64,000 nt of DNA, from assembly GCA_050950505.1 (NCBI GenBank), contig JBMNHS010000001.1:544001-608000 (forward strand), given 5' to 3'. The first letter of the stretch is position 1. Every line of letters begins with the position of its first letter. A program made the translations under genes and the position numbers. Of the stretch, positions 1-10,095 are shown in pieces. The stretch comes from Candidatus Methanomethylophilaceae archaeon (GTDB lineage Archaea; Thermoplasmatota; Thermoplasmata; Methanomassiliicoccales; Methanomethylophilaceae). The notes beneath the pieces are model-generated. The model did no database searches. It saw only the letters and a program-made list of their open reading frames with translations, and was not told the origin of the DNA.

Positions 1-318
1 TCTGACTTTGCCCACCACCGCGACGTATGAAGGCGCTTCCAAATCGGCCATCGTTGCGGCGGCTTCCGGCTGGTATTTTCCCACGTTGATGAAGAAATTT
101 CCCGAAACGTCCTGTATCCTGCCTCTCCATAGGGGTTCTTCTTCGCTGCCGACGTTTTCCTTCTCGGTGAGGACTCCGACAATCAGAACCCGGTTGACAA
201 CGGATCCCAACTTCGTTATGACGTAGAAGGGAGACATCTCATCGTCCCCTTTCATGGTGGCGGAAGAACCGTTCAGTTCGTTGGCGAACAGCCTCCACGC
301 CGTCTCTCTGGCATTCAT
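1..318 (-). CDS. RPA-associated OB-fold protein (RPA2/RPA32-like), 3' end outside window
   Basis: Not in ORF track. Manual translation from ATG 318: MNARETAWRLFANELNGS...SPFYVITKLGSVVNRVLIVGVLTEKE..., typical of the archaeal RPA-associated family; ATGA overlap with the rpa stop. Confidence 0.8.
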   Translation of the reverse strand, partial: MNARETAWRLFANELNGSSATMKGDDEMSPFYVITKLGSVVNRVLIVGVLTEKENVGSEEEPLWRGRIQDVSGNFFINVGKYQPEAAATMADLEAPSYVAVVGKVR

Positions 319-1634
319 ATGGATTCCTCCACGGTTTTAAGGAGTTTCTCGGCCTTTGCAGTCACATCCTCCTGTATAAGTTCGGCATCGCTGACTATCA
401 TCATGGGTCCGTACTCGTCACTTAGGACGTTTCCGGTCATGGACACTCTTTTGATTATGATTTTCTGAGTCATCTCGGCGGTGACCGGTTCCGTGCTTCC
501 TCTGGCTTTGGCCAGTCCTTCGACGGCCCCCAAGGTGGTGCCGGTCAGTTTTTCCGTGAGTTCGCGGTTGATGATGGCGCTTATCGCACCCGTGCCGTCG
601 TCAACGGTCAATTTCAGTCTGAGATCCATCACGGGTTCGACTTTTCCGTGTGCTTGGCATTCGCCGTTGAAAATGGATCTGTTGCATTCGGGACATCTTT
701 CGATGAGCCCGCTTCCGCGTCTCACATCGACAACGGCTCCGACGATGTTTATGTCGAGTCCGCCGCCGGTCTTCACAATGTCGCCGATGGACTTTGTGAC
801 CACTCCGTCGGATATGGGTCCGAAAGTATCGTCGACCCTGCTGACTTCGCCTCTGTCTCCGATGTTGAGCTGGGGGATTCCCCTCCAGCTGCGGATGTAT
901 CCGTTTTTGATGCAAACGGTCTCACCCTCCTTAAAGTCAAAATCATTCCAGGCGGAATATTGGATTTTTCCCGTGTCGTCGGCAATCACTCCGGCGTAAA
1001 CGGTCTTCGGCTCGCCTTTGACGGTAACGTTCCGTTCTTCGGTGGAAAGTATCCTGCCGGTGACGGTAACGTTTCCCATGCCTCCGGTAATCTGTCCGAT
1101 TTTGCATTCGGAAGCTTCCATTGTAATTACCCGGTCGGGAACGTCAATGGTTTCGCCTTCTGCGGTTTCGATGGAACCTCTGGCACCCATATTAATCTGG
1201 ACTTTATCGTTCCAAAGTTTGGTGTAGGCATTCCTGAACCAATAGATGGAACCCTTTTCAATCCTGGTTTCCTGTTTTTCCCACAGCGTGAAAGAAGCGG
1301 TGCCGGTTTCGTCACCGACGATTCCGGAAGTGATTGTCTTCGGCTGTCCTCTCACGGTAATGTCTTTATCTTCAACGTAAACAATTCTGACCAAAAGATC
1401 TACGCTTTGTTCGTTACCTGTCAATTCGCCTATTTTCTTGACGACGGAGGTTCGGAAAGGCGTAGGTTCTGAAACGCCGTATTTGCGCAATATTCCTCGT
1501 TTGGCTGCATCGGGAGCTATATGGAATTCCAGGACGTATCTCCTCAATTCGGCCATGATTTCTGAATCGTCGACCTTATCTTGCAGCACCCTTTTCAGTT
1601 CTTCAAAATGGGGTGTTAGTTCTTCTTCGCTCAT
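315..1634 (-). CDS. rpa: Replication protein A / ssDNA-binding protein (multiple OB folds plus Zn finger)
   Basis: Repeated OB-fold motifs (GDETG, ADDTG, DDGTG) and CPEC..C..H zinc finger. Confidence 0.9.
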   Translation of the reverse strand: MSEEELTPHFEELKRVLQDKVDDSEIMAELRRYVLEFHIAPDAAKRGILRKYGVSEPTPFRTSVVKKIGELTGNEQSVDLLVRIVYVEDKDITVRGQPKTITSGIVGDETGTASFTLWEKQETRIEKGSIYWFRNAYTKLWNDKVQINMGARGSIETAEGETIDVPDRVITMEASECKIGQITGGMGNVTVTGRILSTEERNVTVKGEPKTVYAGVIADDTGKIQYSAWNDFDFKEGETVCIKNGYIRSWRGIPQLNIGDRGEVSRVDDTFGPISDGVVTKSIGDIVKTGGGLDINIVGAVVDVRRGSGLIERCPECNRSIFNGECQAHGKVEPVMDLRLKLTVDDGTGAISAIINRELTEKLTGTTLGAVEGLAKARGSTEPVTAEMTQKIIIKRVSMTGNVLSDEYGPMMIVSDAELIQEDVTAKAEKLLKTVEESI

Positions 1635-1658
1635 TTTTATCGACCTCGTTTAACGCGG

Positions 1659-1672
1659 CGTAAACGTTTACG
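1659..1672. promoter_or_regulatory. Perfect 14-bp palindrome CGTAAACGTTTACG in the rpa promoter region
   Basis: Lies between a minus-strand TATA-like element (1681-1690) and the rpa start; function inferred. Confidence 0.4.
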
Positions 1673-1712
1673 GGGTCACCATATAAAATAGTACACAAGG
1701 GGTGGGCCGAAT

Positions 1713-1760
1713 CGACCGAATCAGGAAAAGAAAAATTCGGTCGTAACCTAATCTTTAAAT
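1713..1760 (+). promoter_or_regulatory. purP promoter: 9-bp inverted repeat (CGACCGAAT-N13-ATTCGGTCG) and TATA box CTTTAAAT
   Basis: TATA at 1753-1760, ~22 nt before ATG 1782; inverted repeat arms at 1713-1721 and 1735-1743. Confidence 0.45.
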
Positions 1761-1781
1761 GTATCAGTGCAATAATAGGAT

Positions 1782-2855
1782 ATGGTTCCTAAAAAGAAGA
1801 TCGACGAAATCATCGACGGATACGATCCCTCGGAGATTACCATTGCGACCCTCTGTTCCCATTCTTCGCTTCAGATCTTCCACGGTGCCCGCAAAATGGG
1901 TTTCAATACCTTGGGCCTGACCGTCACTCACGACACCAAATATTACGACGCGTTTCCTTTGGCAAAACCCGATGAAATCCTCAGATACCGTGATTTCGAC
2001 GATATGAACGAAAGAATCGGGGAGCTTCACGACAGAAACGCCGTGCTGATACCCCACGGTTCTTTCGTGGAATACATGGGTTCCGAAAGATTCGAGGATT
2101 TCGAAGTCCCCTCTTACGGGAACAGAAGAGTTTTGTCCTGGGAATCCAACAGGGAAATGCAGAGGGAATGGATCACTTCCGCGGGAGTTCCCATGCCCCG
2201 TCTGATATCGGATGCCAGGGAAATACGGGAGCCGGTGATGGTGAAGTATCACGGAGCCAAAGGAGGAAGGGGATTCTTCATAGCCAAGGATTACCCCGAC
2301 TTCAAAATGTCCATAGACAATACCCAGCCGTACACGATACAGGAGTACTGCCTGGGAACCAGATATTACATTCACTACTTCTACGATCAGAACAAAAAGG
2401 ACGGCTACCTCTGCGACAACGGCGGATCTCTGGAACTGATGTCCATGGACCGTCGCGACGAAAGCAACATCGACGAATTGTACAAACTCGGTTCCACCGA
2501 GGATTTGAAGAGACACGGATTGTATCCTTCTTTCGTGGTCACGGGAAACACCCCCGTCGTTTTGAGGGAATCCCTGTTGCCCAAAGCTTTGGAGATGGGA
2601 CAGCTCGTCATCGACAGAGCTTTTGAAATGTTCGGAGGCATATGGGGCCCCTTCTGTCTGGAAACCGTTGTAAGCGACACTTTGAATTTCAAGGTCTTCG
2701 AAGTTTCCGCGAGAATCGTTGCGGGAACCAATCCGTTCATCACCGGATCTCCTTATGCGGATTTGATTTACCCCGGACTGAGCACCGGCGGACGCATGGC
2801 ACTCGACATTAAACAAGCGGCGGAAAGCAACAACCTAAAGTCGATTCTGACATAA
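1782..2855 (+). CDS. purP: Formate-dependent FAICAR synthetase PurP (ATP-grasp)
   Basis: IATLCSHSSLQI, HGSFVEY, GAKGGRG, GPFCLE, FEVSARIVAGTN motifs. Confidence 0.92.
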   Translation: MVPKKKIDEIIDGYDPSEITIATLCSHSSLQIFHGARKMGFNTLGLTVTHDTKYYDAFPLAKPDEILRYRDFDDMNERIGELHDRNAVLIPHGSFVEYMGSERFEDFEVPSYGNRRVLSWESNREMQREWITSAGVPMPRLISDAREIREPVMVKYHGAKGGRGFFIAKDYPDFKMSIDNTQPYTIQEYCLGTRYYIHYFYDQNKKDGYLCDNGGSLELMSMDRRDESNIDELYKLGSTEDLKRHGLYPSFVVTGNTPVVLRESLLPKALEMGQLVIDRAFEMFGGIWGPFCLETVVSDTLNFKVFEVSARIVAGTNPFITGSPYADLIYPGLSTGGRMALDIKQAAESNNLKSILT

Positions 2856-2913
2856 TCTGCGGTCACATTATTATATCTTCAAACGATAGGGTTCAGCTAC
2901 CGAGAGGCGTCAC

Positions 2914-4068
2914 ATGGTATCGCAAAGGCTTCAGAACGTTCCCGCATCAGGCACTGTAGCTATTTCCAACAAGGTCAGCAGATTGAAAGCAGAGGGTCAG
3001 GACATCATTTCTTTTTCGATGGGAGAGCCTGATTTCACCACTCCGCTCAACATAATCGACGCCTGCAAAGAGTCGATGGACAACGGATTCACCCACTATA
3101 CCCCCTCCCTCGGAATACCTGAGTTGAGACGTGCCGTGGCGGAGTCCGCACACAATGAAAACAACATACCGTGCAGAGGTGCCAACGTGTTAATCACACC
3201 CGCCAAACAAGCCATATTCATGACCTGTCTGGCATATCTGGATCCTGACGACGAAGTCCTGCTTCCCAACCCCGCATGGGTGTCTTATGAAGCGTGTATC
3301 CGATTGGCGGGAGCCGTTCCTGTTTTTGTGCCGACCTACTTTGAAGACGGATTTGTCATAGACCCGGCCATGCTGGAAGCCGCAATCACGCCAAAGACGA
3401 AGATGATGATCATCAATTCTCCCTGCAACCCCACCGGTTGCGTGATACCCGACAACGTTCTCAGGGAACTGGTTTCGATTGCCGAGGCTCATGACATAAT
3501 GATACTTTCCGACGAGATTTACGAGAAGGTGATTTATGACGGAAAACACATTTCTCCCGCTTCGCTTCCCGACACCTTCGACCGGACGATAACCGTATCC
3601 GGGCTTTCCAAGACATATGCCATGACGGGATGGAGAATGGGGTGGGCCATCGCCAACGAAGAAGCGATTTCCAACCTCAACAAACTGCAGTCCCATTCCA
3701 TATCCTGTTGCGTTTCTTTTGCCCAGCAGGCATCCATAGAAGCCATAAAGGGAGACCAGGAACAGAAAAACAGGTTCATCAAGGAATTCAAGGAAAGAAG
3801 AGATTTGACAATCGATCTCATAGGCGAAATCAAAGGTCTCGACGTCAACGTTCCCCAGGGGGCGTTCTATCTGTTCCCGAAATACAGCGCGGACATCAAG
3901 TCAAGCAAGCTCGTAACCATGCTTTTGGAAGAGGCCCATGTGGCGATGACCCCCGGCTCCGCTTTCGGTCCCGCAGGGGAGGGATTCTTCAGAATGTCCT
4001 ATGCCACGGGCGAAGACCAAATCCGCGAAGGATTGGACAGGGTCAAGAAATTCTTCGCGAACCTGTAA
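2914..4068 (+). CDS. PLP-dependent class I/II aminotransferase (aspartate aminotransferase-like)
   Basis: GEPDF, NSPCNPTG, SDEIY, SKTYAMTGWRMG motifs. Confidence 0.9.
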   Translation: MVSQRLQNVPASGTVAISNKVSRLKAEGQDIISFSMGEPDFTTPLNIIDACKESMDNGFTHYTPSLGIPELRRAVAESAHNENNIPCRGANVLITPAKQAIFMTCLAYLDPDDEVLLPNPAWVSYEACIRLAGAVPVFVPTYFEDGFVIDPAMLEAAITPKTKMMIINSPCNPTGCVIPDNVLRELVSIAEAHDIMILSDEIYEKVIYDGKHISPASLPDTFDRTITVSGLSKTYAMTGWRMGWAIANEEAISNLNKLQSHSISCCVSFAQQASIEAIKGDQEQKNRFIKEFKERRDLTIDLIGEIKGLDVNVPQGAFYLFPKYSADIKSSKLVTMLLEEAHVAMTPGSAFGPAGEGFFRMSYATGEDQIREGLDRVKKFFANL

Positions 4069-4150
4069 ACTTGCCGTCAAGATAAATATAGGTTGAAGAT
4101 ATAGCCGTATTGCTCCTCGTCCTATACCGTGAGGGGCAGAGGGATTCCGT

Positions 4151-5221
4151 TTGAACAGAAAACTTTTCACAGTAGGCCCTGTCAACGTAGAGCCTGAAGT
4201 GCTTGAAGTCATGACAAAGCCAATCATAACGCACAGATCCAAAGAATACAAACTTCTCCACGGTTCCATTGTGGAAATGATCCGTAAGGCACTGAGTACG
4301 GACATGGATGTTTTTATGGTAGGAGGTTCGGCATCCGCAATGATTGAAGGCGCTATGCGAAACGGCATATCCCGCAAGTCACTGGGTATAAGCGGAGGAT
4401 CCTTCGGGGACAGATCTTCGGAGATCGCGGAACTGAACGGAAAGACCGTCACTAAGATAGAAGTCCCTCTTGGAAAGGCGATTCTTCCCGAACACATCGA
4501 AGGGAAAGTCAAAGAAGACATCGAAGCTGTCCACTGGGTCAGCAACGAATCTTCCACCGGGGTGTTTTGTGATTCCACGGCGATAGCGAACGAAGTCCGC
4601 AACCAGAACCCCGACGCTCTGACGGTAATAGACGCGGTGACTTCCGCCTTCGCAATGGATCTTGACATGAAAAATCTGGAACCGGATGCGTTGGTGTTCG
4701 GTACCCAGAAAGCTCTGGCATTGCCCCCGGGACTGGGACTGATGGTATGTTCCGAGCGACTTTTGAAGAAGGCCGAATCCGTGGAGAACCGCGGATTTTA
4801 CACGGACTTGCTGAAAATCAAAAAACAAAGCGACGTGGATTATGCATTGACCACGCCGCCGGTATCGTTGATGTATGCTTTGGAGTTCCAGTTGGAGAGA
4901 ATCCTCAAAGAAGGCATGCCAGCCAGATACAGGCGCCATCAGGACATGGCGGATCTTGTAAGGAATTGGGCCGACAGCAGACTCAACGGCATATTCCCCG
5001 AGAAAGGGGTACGGTCGAACACCATCGGTGTTCTGAACCGCGGAGACCTGGACTTCAATGCGTTCCATTCCGCCCTGAAAGACAAAGGATTTGAGATATC
5101 CAACGGCTACGGCGGCGTCAAGGAAAAAACATTCAGGATCGGGCACATGGGAGATCTCACGCCGGAAAGAGTCAAAGGTCTTCTGGGGGCCATGGATGAA
5201 ATTTTGGAGGTAACGGAATGA
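4151..5221 (+). CDS. Class V aminotransferase, probable archaeal phosphoserine / serine-pyruvate aminotransferase
   Basis: GPV..HRS, NESSTG, DAVTS, GTQKALALPPG, FRIGHMG; overlaps serA start. Confidence 0.85.
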   Translation: MNRKLFTVGPVNVEPEVLEVMTKPIITHRSKEYKLLHGSIVEMIRKALSTDMDVFMVGGSASAMIEGAMRNGISRKSLGISGGSFGDRSSEIAELNGKTVTKIEVPLGKAILPEHIEGKVKEDIEAVHWVSNESSTGVFCDSTAIANEVRNQNPDALTVIDAVTSAFAMDLDMKNLEPDALVFGTQKALALPPGLGLMVCSERLLKKAESVENRGFYTDLLKIKKQSDVDYALTTPPVSLMYALEFQLERILKEGMPARYRRHQDMADLVRNWADSRLNGIFPEKGVRSNTIGVLNRGDLDFNAFHSALKDKGFEISNGYGGVKEKTFRIGHMGDLTPERVKGLLGAMDEILEVTE

Positions 5222-6804
5222 ACAAAATCCTAGTTTCAGACTCTCTCAGCGAAGAGGGACTGGCAATTCTGAGAGAATCCGGGTTTCCGGTTGATGAAAA
5301 AACCGGTCTCACCGAAGACGAGCTTTGCGAAATCATGGGCGATTATGAATGCCTTATTGTGAGGTCCGGCACCAAGGTCACCAAAAAAGTGATTGAAGCC
5401 GGAACCAAGCTGAGAGTGATAGGGCGAGCCGGAGTGGGTGTCGACAACATCGACATACCCGCGGCAACCGAAAAAGGCATTCTGGTAATGAACACGCCTT
5501 CCGCGAACATTCTGTCCGCGGCGGAACACACCTGTGCGATGCTCATGTCCCTGGCAAGAAACGTTCCTTTTGCTCACGTTTCGATGCACAAGGGAGAATG
5601 GAAACGTTCAAAATACACCGGAGTGGAATTGGCAGGAAAGACACTGGGTATCATCGGCGTCGGAAGAGTTGGAGGCGAAGTCGCCAAACGCATGAAAGCT
5701 TTCGATATGACCTTGATAGGATACGATCCCTTCCTTCCGAAGGAAGTCGCGGAGGGAATCGGAGTGCGTCTGACCACACTTGAAGAAGTCCTTGTCGAAT
5801 CGGACTTCATGACAATACACACACCTTTGCTTCCCGATACAAAGAACATGATTTCCACCGAACAGTTCAACATGATGAAACCCAACGCAAGATTCATCAA
5901 CGTCGCCCGCGGCGGAGTGGTGGATGAGGAAGCCTTGTATGTTGCGTTGAAGAACAATGTAATTGCCGGAGCCGCCTTTGACGTATGGTGCGAAGAACCT
6001 CTGTGCGAAGCCGAACAGAAACTTCTGGAACTTGAAAATCTGATCACCACGCCCCACTTGGGAGCCAGCACTGTGGAAGCACAGGAACGTGTGGCGACGG
6101 AAATTGCGGAAGCGGCAATCAAATTCCTTCGGGACGGAATGATAACGAACGCAATCAACGCACCCAGAGGAAAACTCGACCCGGAAACCGAACAGTATGT
6201 GCCTTTGGCCGAACGCATGGGCGTTCTGGCTCATCAGCTCAACGGAAATCTGCCCATCAAAGATCTGGAAATCGTTTACAGCGGAGATCTTGCGAGCAAA
6301 CAGACCAAAATCCTTACGATTTACACCGTTATGGGAGTACTCAAGAACATCATCGGTCCCGGAAGAGCCAATACAATTAACACCATGGCCATTGCAAAAG
6401 GCAAAGGGATCAACATCAAAGAAACATCCACTGCGGAAGCCAAAGACTACACTAATATAATTGAAGTCAGAACGACCGTCGGAAACACCACCCGTTCCAT
6501 ACGGGGAACCGTGTTCGGCGGTCAGCCGAGACTCGTGGGCATCGACGAATACAGTTTCGAAGTCCCCATGTCGGGAGACATGGTCTACATCAGATACAAA
6601 GATGCCCCCGGAATGATCGGAAAAATCGGCACGGCCATGGGCAAATCGGGAATAAACATAGCTCAGATGGCCGTCGGAAGAACGAATGAGAATGCTTTGA
6701 TGATTCTCATCGTGGATCAGGACGTTGAAGCAGACGTCCTCAAAAACGTTATGAAAGTGTCCGGTGCCGAAGACGCAAAGTTTATTGACTTGGTGGAGAA
6801 CTGA
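5218..6804 (+). CDS. serA: D-3-phosphoglycerate dehydrogenase with ASB/ACT domains
   Basis: RAGVGVDNID, GVGRVG, NVARGG, TPHLGAST; C-terminal ACT (DAPGMIG). Confidence 0.95.
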   Translation: MNKILVSDSLSEEGLAILRESGFPVDEKTGLTEDELCEIMGDYECLIVRSGTKVTKKVIEAGTKLRVIGRAGVGVDNIDIPAATEKGILVMNTPSANILSAAEHTCAMLMSLARNVPFAHVSMHKGEWKRSKYTGVELAGKTLGIIGVGRVGGEVAKRMKAFDMTLIGYDPFLPKEVAEGIGVRLTTLEEVLVESDFMTIHTPLLPDTKNMISTEQFNMMKPNARFINVARGGVVDEEALYVALKNNVIAGAAFDVWCEEPLCEAEQKLLELENLITTPHLGASTVEAQERVATEIAEAAIKFLRDGMITNAINAPRGKLDPETEQYVPLAERMGVLAHQLNGNLPIKDLEIVYSGDLASKQTKILTIYTVMGVLKNIIGPGRANTINTMAIAKGKGINIKETSTAEAKDYTNIIEVRTTVGNTTRSIRGTVFGGQPRLVGIDEYSFEVPMSGDMVYIRYKDAPGMIGKIGTAMGKSGINIAQMAVGRTNENALMILIVDQDVEADVLKNVMKVSGAEDAKFIDLVEN

Positions 6805-6817
6805 AGGAGGAGCATTA

Positions 6818-7225
6818 ATGAACGTCATAATCACCGTCGATGAACTTACACAGGCGATAGTGAACGCCATACGCGAAGAGAGAATGATGATGGAAGAAGA
6901 GCAAGCCTATCACCAGGCTCTTCACGTGCTGAACTTTTTTGGCTACTCCGACAGAATAATCGATAACATTCTGGAGCCTCAGGACCGTGATACGTTCTAT
7001 ATGCTCGAAGACAAGGGAATTCTGACCACCGAAAGGGAAGAAACCACGCTGTATGACGGAAGGGAGTGGAGAATTCACTACTGGCTCTTCAGAAAAAACA
7101 GAATCGAAGAGTTAATCGAGGCAGAAGATCCCGAAGAACAGGAAGACGAATCCGAAGGGAACATCTACGATAACCTGTCTGACGAAGTCTGGGTAAGGGC
7201 CTCCGAAGAAGACGGCGAAGAGTGA
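6818..7225 (+). CDS. Conserved acidic hypothetical protein (resembles Thermoplasmata DUF6015 family)
   Basis: GGAGG SD before ATG 6818; FFGYSDRIIDN...YDGREWRIHYW motif; family name recalled, not verified. Confidence 0.7.
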   Translation: MNVIITVDELTQAIVNAIREERMMMEEEQAYHQALHVLNFFGYSDRIIDNILEPQDRDTFYMLEDKGILTTEREETTLYDGREWRIHYWLFRKNRIEELIEAEDPEEQEDESEGNIYDNLSDEVWVRASEEDGEE

Positions 7226-7308
7226 TTCTTCCCTAAGAGCCCAATCCGCAAAAACGTCTCAAGAATTGAGCCAATAACACTTTTTACCTCCATGAGGGTT
7301 ACCCCTTC

Positions 7309-9183
7309 ATGGAAATTTTTCCTTACCCTTACAGAAAGGGTCAGGAGGAGCTTGTCAAATTCCTCCGAAACATTTCGATTACCGGCGGAACCGCGGTGAT
7401 AGAATCCGGCACGGGAACGGGCAAAACCGTTTCATCCCTTTCCGCCGCCATCTCGGCGGCCAAAGCCACCGGATGCAAAGTAGTGTATCTTACCCGGACC
7501 AGGTCCCAGCAGAAGCAGGTGGTCATCGAGTGCGCCAGAATATCGGAGAAGATTCCGCTACTGTGCGTTCCGATCCAAGGACGCAGGGCGTCTTCCTGTC
7601 CGATGATGGCCGATGACCCGGAGCTGTCATCGGGAACGCCGGAGGAACTGTCGAAACTCTGTTCCGAATACAAACGCAAAGAGAACGGAGTGTCCGCCTG
7701 TGAGCACTTCTCAAAAATAGAGGGTACGGATCTGTCCCAGATAATTGAATACGTCAGAAACGAAAATCCGACCCAGGAAGAATTTGACGTTTACTGCAAG
7801 AATCTGAAACTTTGTTCTTATGAACTGACCAAATTGCTGTTGCCCGACGCGGATGTGATTGTGGCGCCCTATCCCTTCATTTTCATGCAGCCGGTGTTCA
7901 CGAGATTTTCCGAATGGGCGGAAACGCCGTTGTCGTCGATGATTTTGGTAATAGACGAGGCTCACAATCTTCCCGACTATCTGAGGGAGATAATGACTTC
8001 CGAATACAGCCTTCGGGCTCTGGATATGGCGGAAAGTGAAGCCAAAGAATGGGGCGATCCGGAAGTTTCCGACGGGTTCAAAGTAACCGACCTGACCGGA
8101 GTCATGAGGGCCATAATAAAATCCGCCCGGGAGTATCTGGTGGAGGACGATGGGATAGTTCCGCCTTATTTCCTTCAGGATGAACTGATGGAAAAATTGG
8201 GAACCGGTTCCAGAACAATCATTTCGATTTCAAATTCTTTGATTGATGTCGGTGAAATAATTTCCGAAGCCAAGAAGAAGAAAAAACGGCTGCCGAGAAC
8301 ATACATTGGTTCCCTGGGAAGATTTCTTCAGCACTGGTACATGACCGAAGACGGATTCTACGTCCGCCTGGTCGAAGAGATCGAAAACACCCGTCTCCGA
8401 ATTTATTGCATGGATCCGAGGGAAGCGGCCCTCCCTTTGACGGCCTGCCATTCATCGATTCACATGTCCGGGACTCTGGTTCCTCTGGAGGATTACGCGA
8501 GGGAGTTGGGTCTTGAACGGGCGGAAACCAGAGTGTTCCCGTCTCCGTTCGACCCCGACAATCTGTATGTGGGTCATGTGACGGATCTGTCCACCCGATA
8601 TGAGGAAATGAACAATCCCGAAAACGTCATGCAACTGGAAAACATGACCGTGGAACTGGCAAGATGCACAGACCGGAACACCGCGGTGTTTTTTCCTTCG
8701 TACAGACTCATGGACGTTTTCATCGAGGACGGAGTGCCCGAAAGAATAGGGAAGGATATTTTCTTCGAAGTCAAGGGGATGTCCCAGCCGGACCTCACGG
8801 AAGCGGTCGAAGGTTTCACAAACACGCCTCAGAGCGTACTCTTTGCCGTGACCGGAGGCAGAATCAGCGAAGGTCTTGATTTTCCGGACAAAGATCTCGA
8901 AGTCGCAATCGTAATCGGGGTGCCTTACCCCAGACCCACCGCCAGACACAAAGCGTTCACGAGATACTGCGAACTGAGGTTCGGCGACGGATTCAGATAC
9001 GCTTCAAAAATTCCCGCGGCAAGAAAAATAAGGCAGGCGATAGGCAGGCTCATCCGTTCGGAGAACGATGTCGGTGCAGCGTTGATCCTGGACCGCCGCG
9101 CGGCGGTTTTGGACGGGCTCGAATCGGTACCTTCCGAGAATCCATGCGAAGATATCGCAAACTCCTTTGCCAAAAAAGGATAA
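7309..9183 (+). CDS. xpd: XPD/Rad3/DinG-family Fe-S DNA helicase
   Basis: GTGTGKT Walker A, four spaced Cys, DEAHN, SGTL, SEGLDF, QAIGRLIR. Confidence 0.9.
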   Translation: MEIFPYPYRKGQEELVKFLRNISITGGTAVIESGTGTGKTVSSLSAAISAAKATGCKVVYLTRTRSQQKQVVIECARISEKIPLLCVPIQGRRASSCPMMADDPELSSGTPEELSKLCSEYKRKENGVSACEHFSKIEGTDLSQIIEYVRNENPTQEEFDVYCKNLKLCSYELTKLLLPDADVIVAPYPFIFMQPVFTRFSEWAETPLSSMILVIDEAHNLPDYLREIMTSEYSLRALDMAESEAKEWGDPEVSDGFKVTDLTGVMRAIIKSAREYLVEDDGIVPPYFLQDELMEKLGTGSRTIISISNSLIDVGEIISEAKKKKKRLPRTYIGSLGRFLQHWYMTEDGFYVRLVEEIENTRLRIYCMDPREAALPLTACHSSIHMSGTLVPLEDYARELGLERAETRVFPSPFDPDNLYVGHVTDLSTRYEEMNNPENVMQLENMTVELARCTDRNTAVFFPSYRLMDVFIEDGVPERIGKDIFFEVKGMSQPDLTEAVEGFTNTPQSVLFAVTGGRISEGLDFPDKDLEVAIVIGVPYPRPTARHKAFTRYCELRFGDGFRYASKIPAARKIRQAIGRLIRSENDVGAALILDRRAAVLDGLESVPSENPCEDIANSFAKKG

Positions 9184-9213
9184 TTTTATAAAAGACAGGG
9201 CTTTCCTCGGGGT

Positions 9214-9468
9214 ATGCACATCAACGTAGACGAAGATGTAAAAAACAAAATAATCGAGGAGGGCGTGGATTACCGCGTCTGCACTTCCTGTTCCGGTCCC
9301 GCATTGGTGCCCGTGACCGTCAAGCCTCCGAAGGCCAACGATGTCAGGATACCCATCGGCGACAACACTCTTTACATATCCGCGGTACAGGCAAGGTACA
9401 TAAACCGTGTCACTTTGGATATGGTTTACAACCAGAGGCAGATGAACTACTGTTCCGCCTTTTACTGA
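9214..9468 (+). CDS. Small CxxC-containing hypothetical protein
   Basis: 84-aa ORF fills the gap, TATA-like TTTTATAAA upstream; YRVCTSCSGP motif. Confidence 0.7.
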   Translation: MHINVDEDVKNKIIEEGVDYRVCTSCSGPALVPVTVKPPKANDVRIPIGDNTLYISAVQARYINRVTLDMVYNQRQMNYCSAFY

Positions 9469-10095
9469 TCAGGAAATTCTTATCGCCGATGTTGCCGAAG
9501 ATTCCGCAAGATCTTCGGCGGCTATCAATTTACTGAAATTCAGAACCTTTTCGGGATTTGCATCCGTGACGGGTCCCTTGGGAACCGCGGTGCAGCTGAC
9601 GGCCGGCCGAATGGATATTTCGTAAGTACCGATTTCTTTCGCTATTTCTTCGATTTCGATTTTGTCGTAACCGATCAAAGGCCGGAGTACGGGAATACCC
9701 AATCCTGTGTTTTCGGCTCGGATGTTTCTTAAGGTCTGGGATGCGACCTGTCCCAAAGCGTCCCCCATGACTATTCCGGAGCACCCGAATTTTTCGCACA
9801 TTTTCTTCGCGGTGTGTTGCATCAGATGTTTGCACAAAACGCACTGATACCTCACGTCGCATTTTTCTCCGATGGCGGTCTGGGACGGGCCGTGTTCCGC
9901 AGAATACAGCGGCATCTCCTGCCCCGTTGCCGTCCTCAGCTGTTCGGCCAAATCCTTCACGTTGTCCAACGACCTGCCGTCTTCGTACGGGGTGTTGTCC
10001 ATGTGCAAAAGTATGATTTCGGCTCCGGCTTCCGCCATGACATATGCGGCGACCGGAGAATCGATCCCCCCGGACAGGAGGGCGATGAGTTTCAG
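9469..10095 (-). CDS. thiI: ThiI-like PP-loop tRNA sulfurtransferase (catalytic domain only), probable CTG start
   Basis: Frame upstream of ATG 10038 encodes LKLIALLSGGIDSPVAAY; also CVLCK, GDALGQVASQT, RPLIG.DK.EI; no THUMP domain. Confidence 0.8.
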   Translation of the reverse strand: MKLIALLSGGIDSPVAAYVMAEAGAEIILLHMDNTPYEDGRSLDNVKDLAEQLRTATGQEMPLYSAEHGPSQTAIGEKCDVRYQCVLCKHLMQHTAKKMCEKFGCSGIVMGDALGQVASQTLRNIRAENTGLGIPVLRPLIGYDKIEIEEIAKEIGTYEISIRPAVSCTAVPKGPVTDANPEKVLNFSKLIAAEDLAESSATSAIRIS

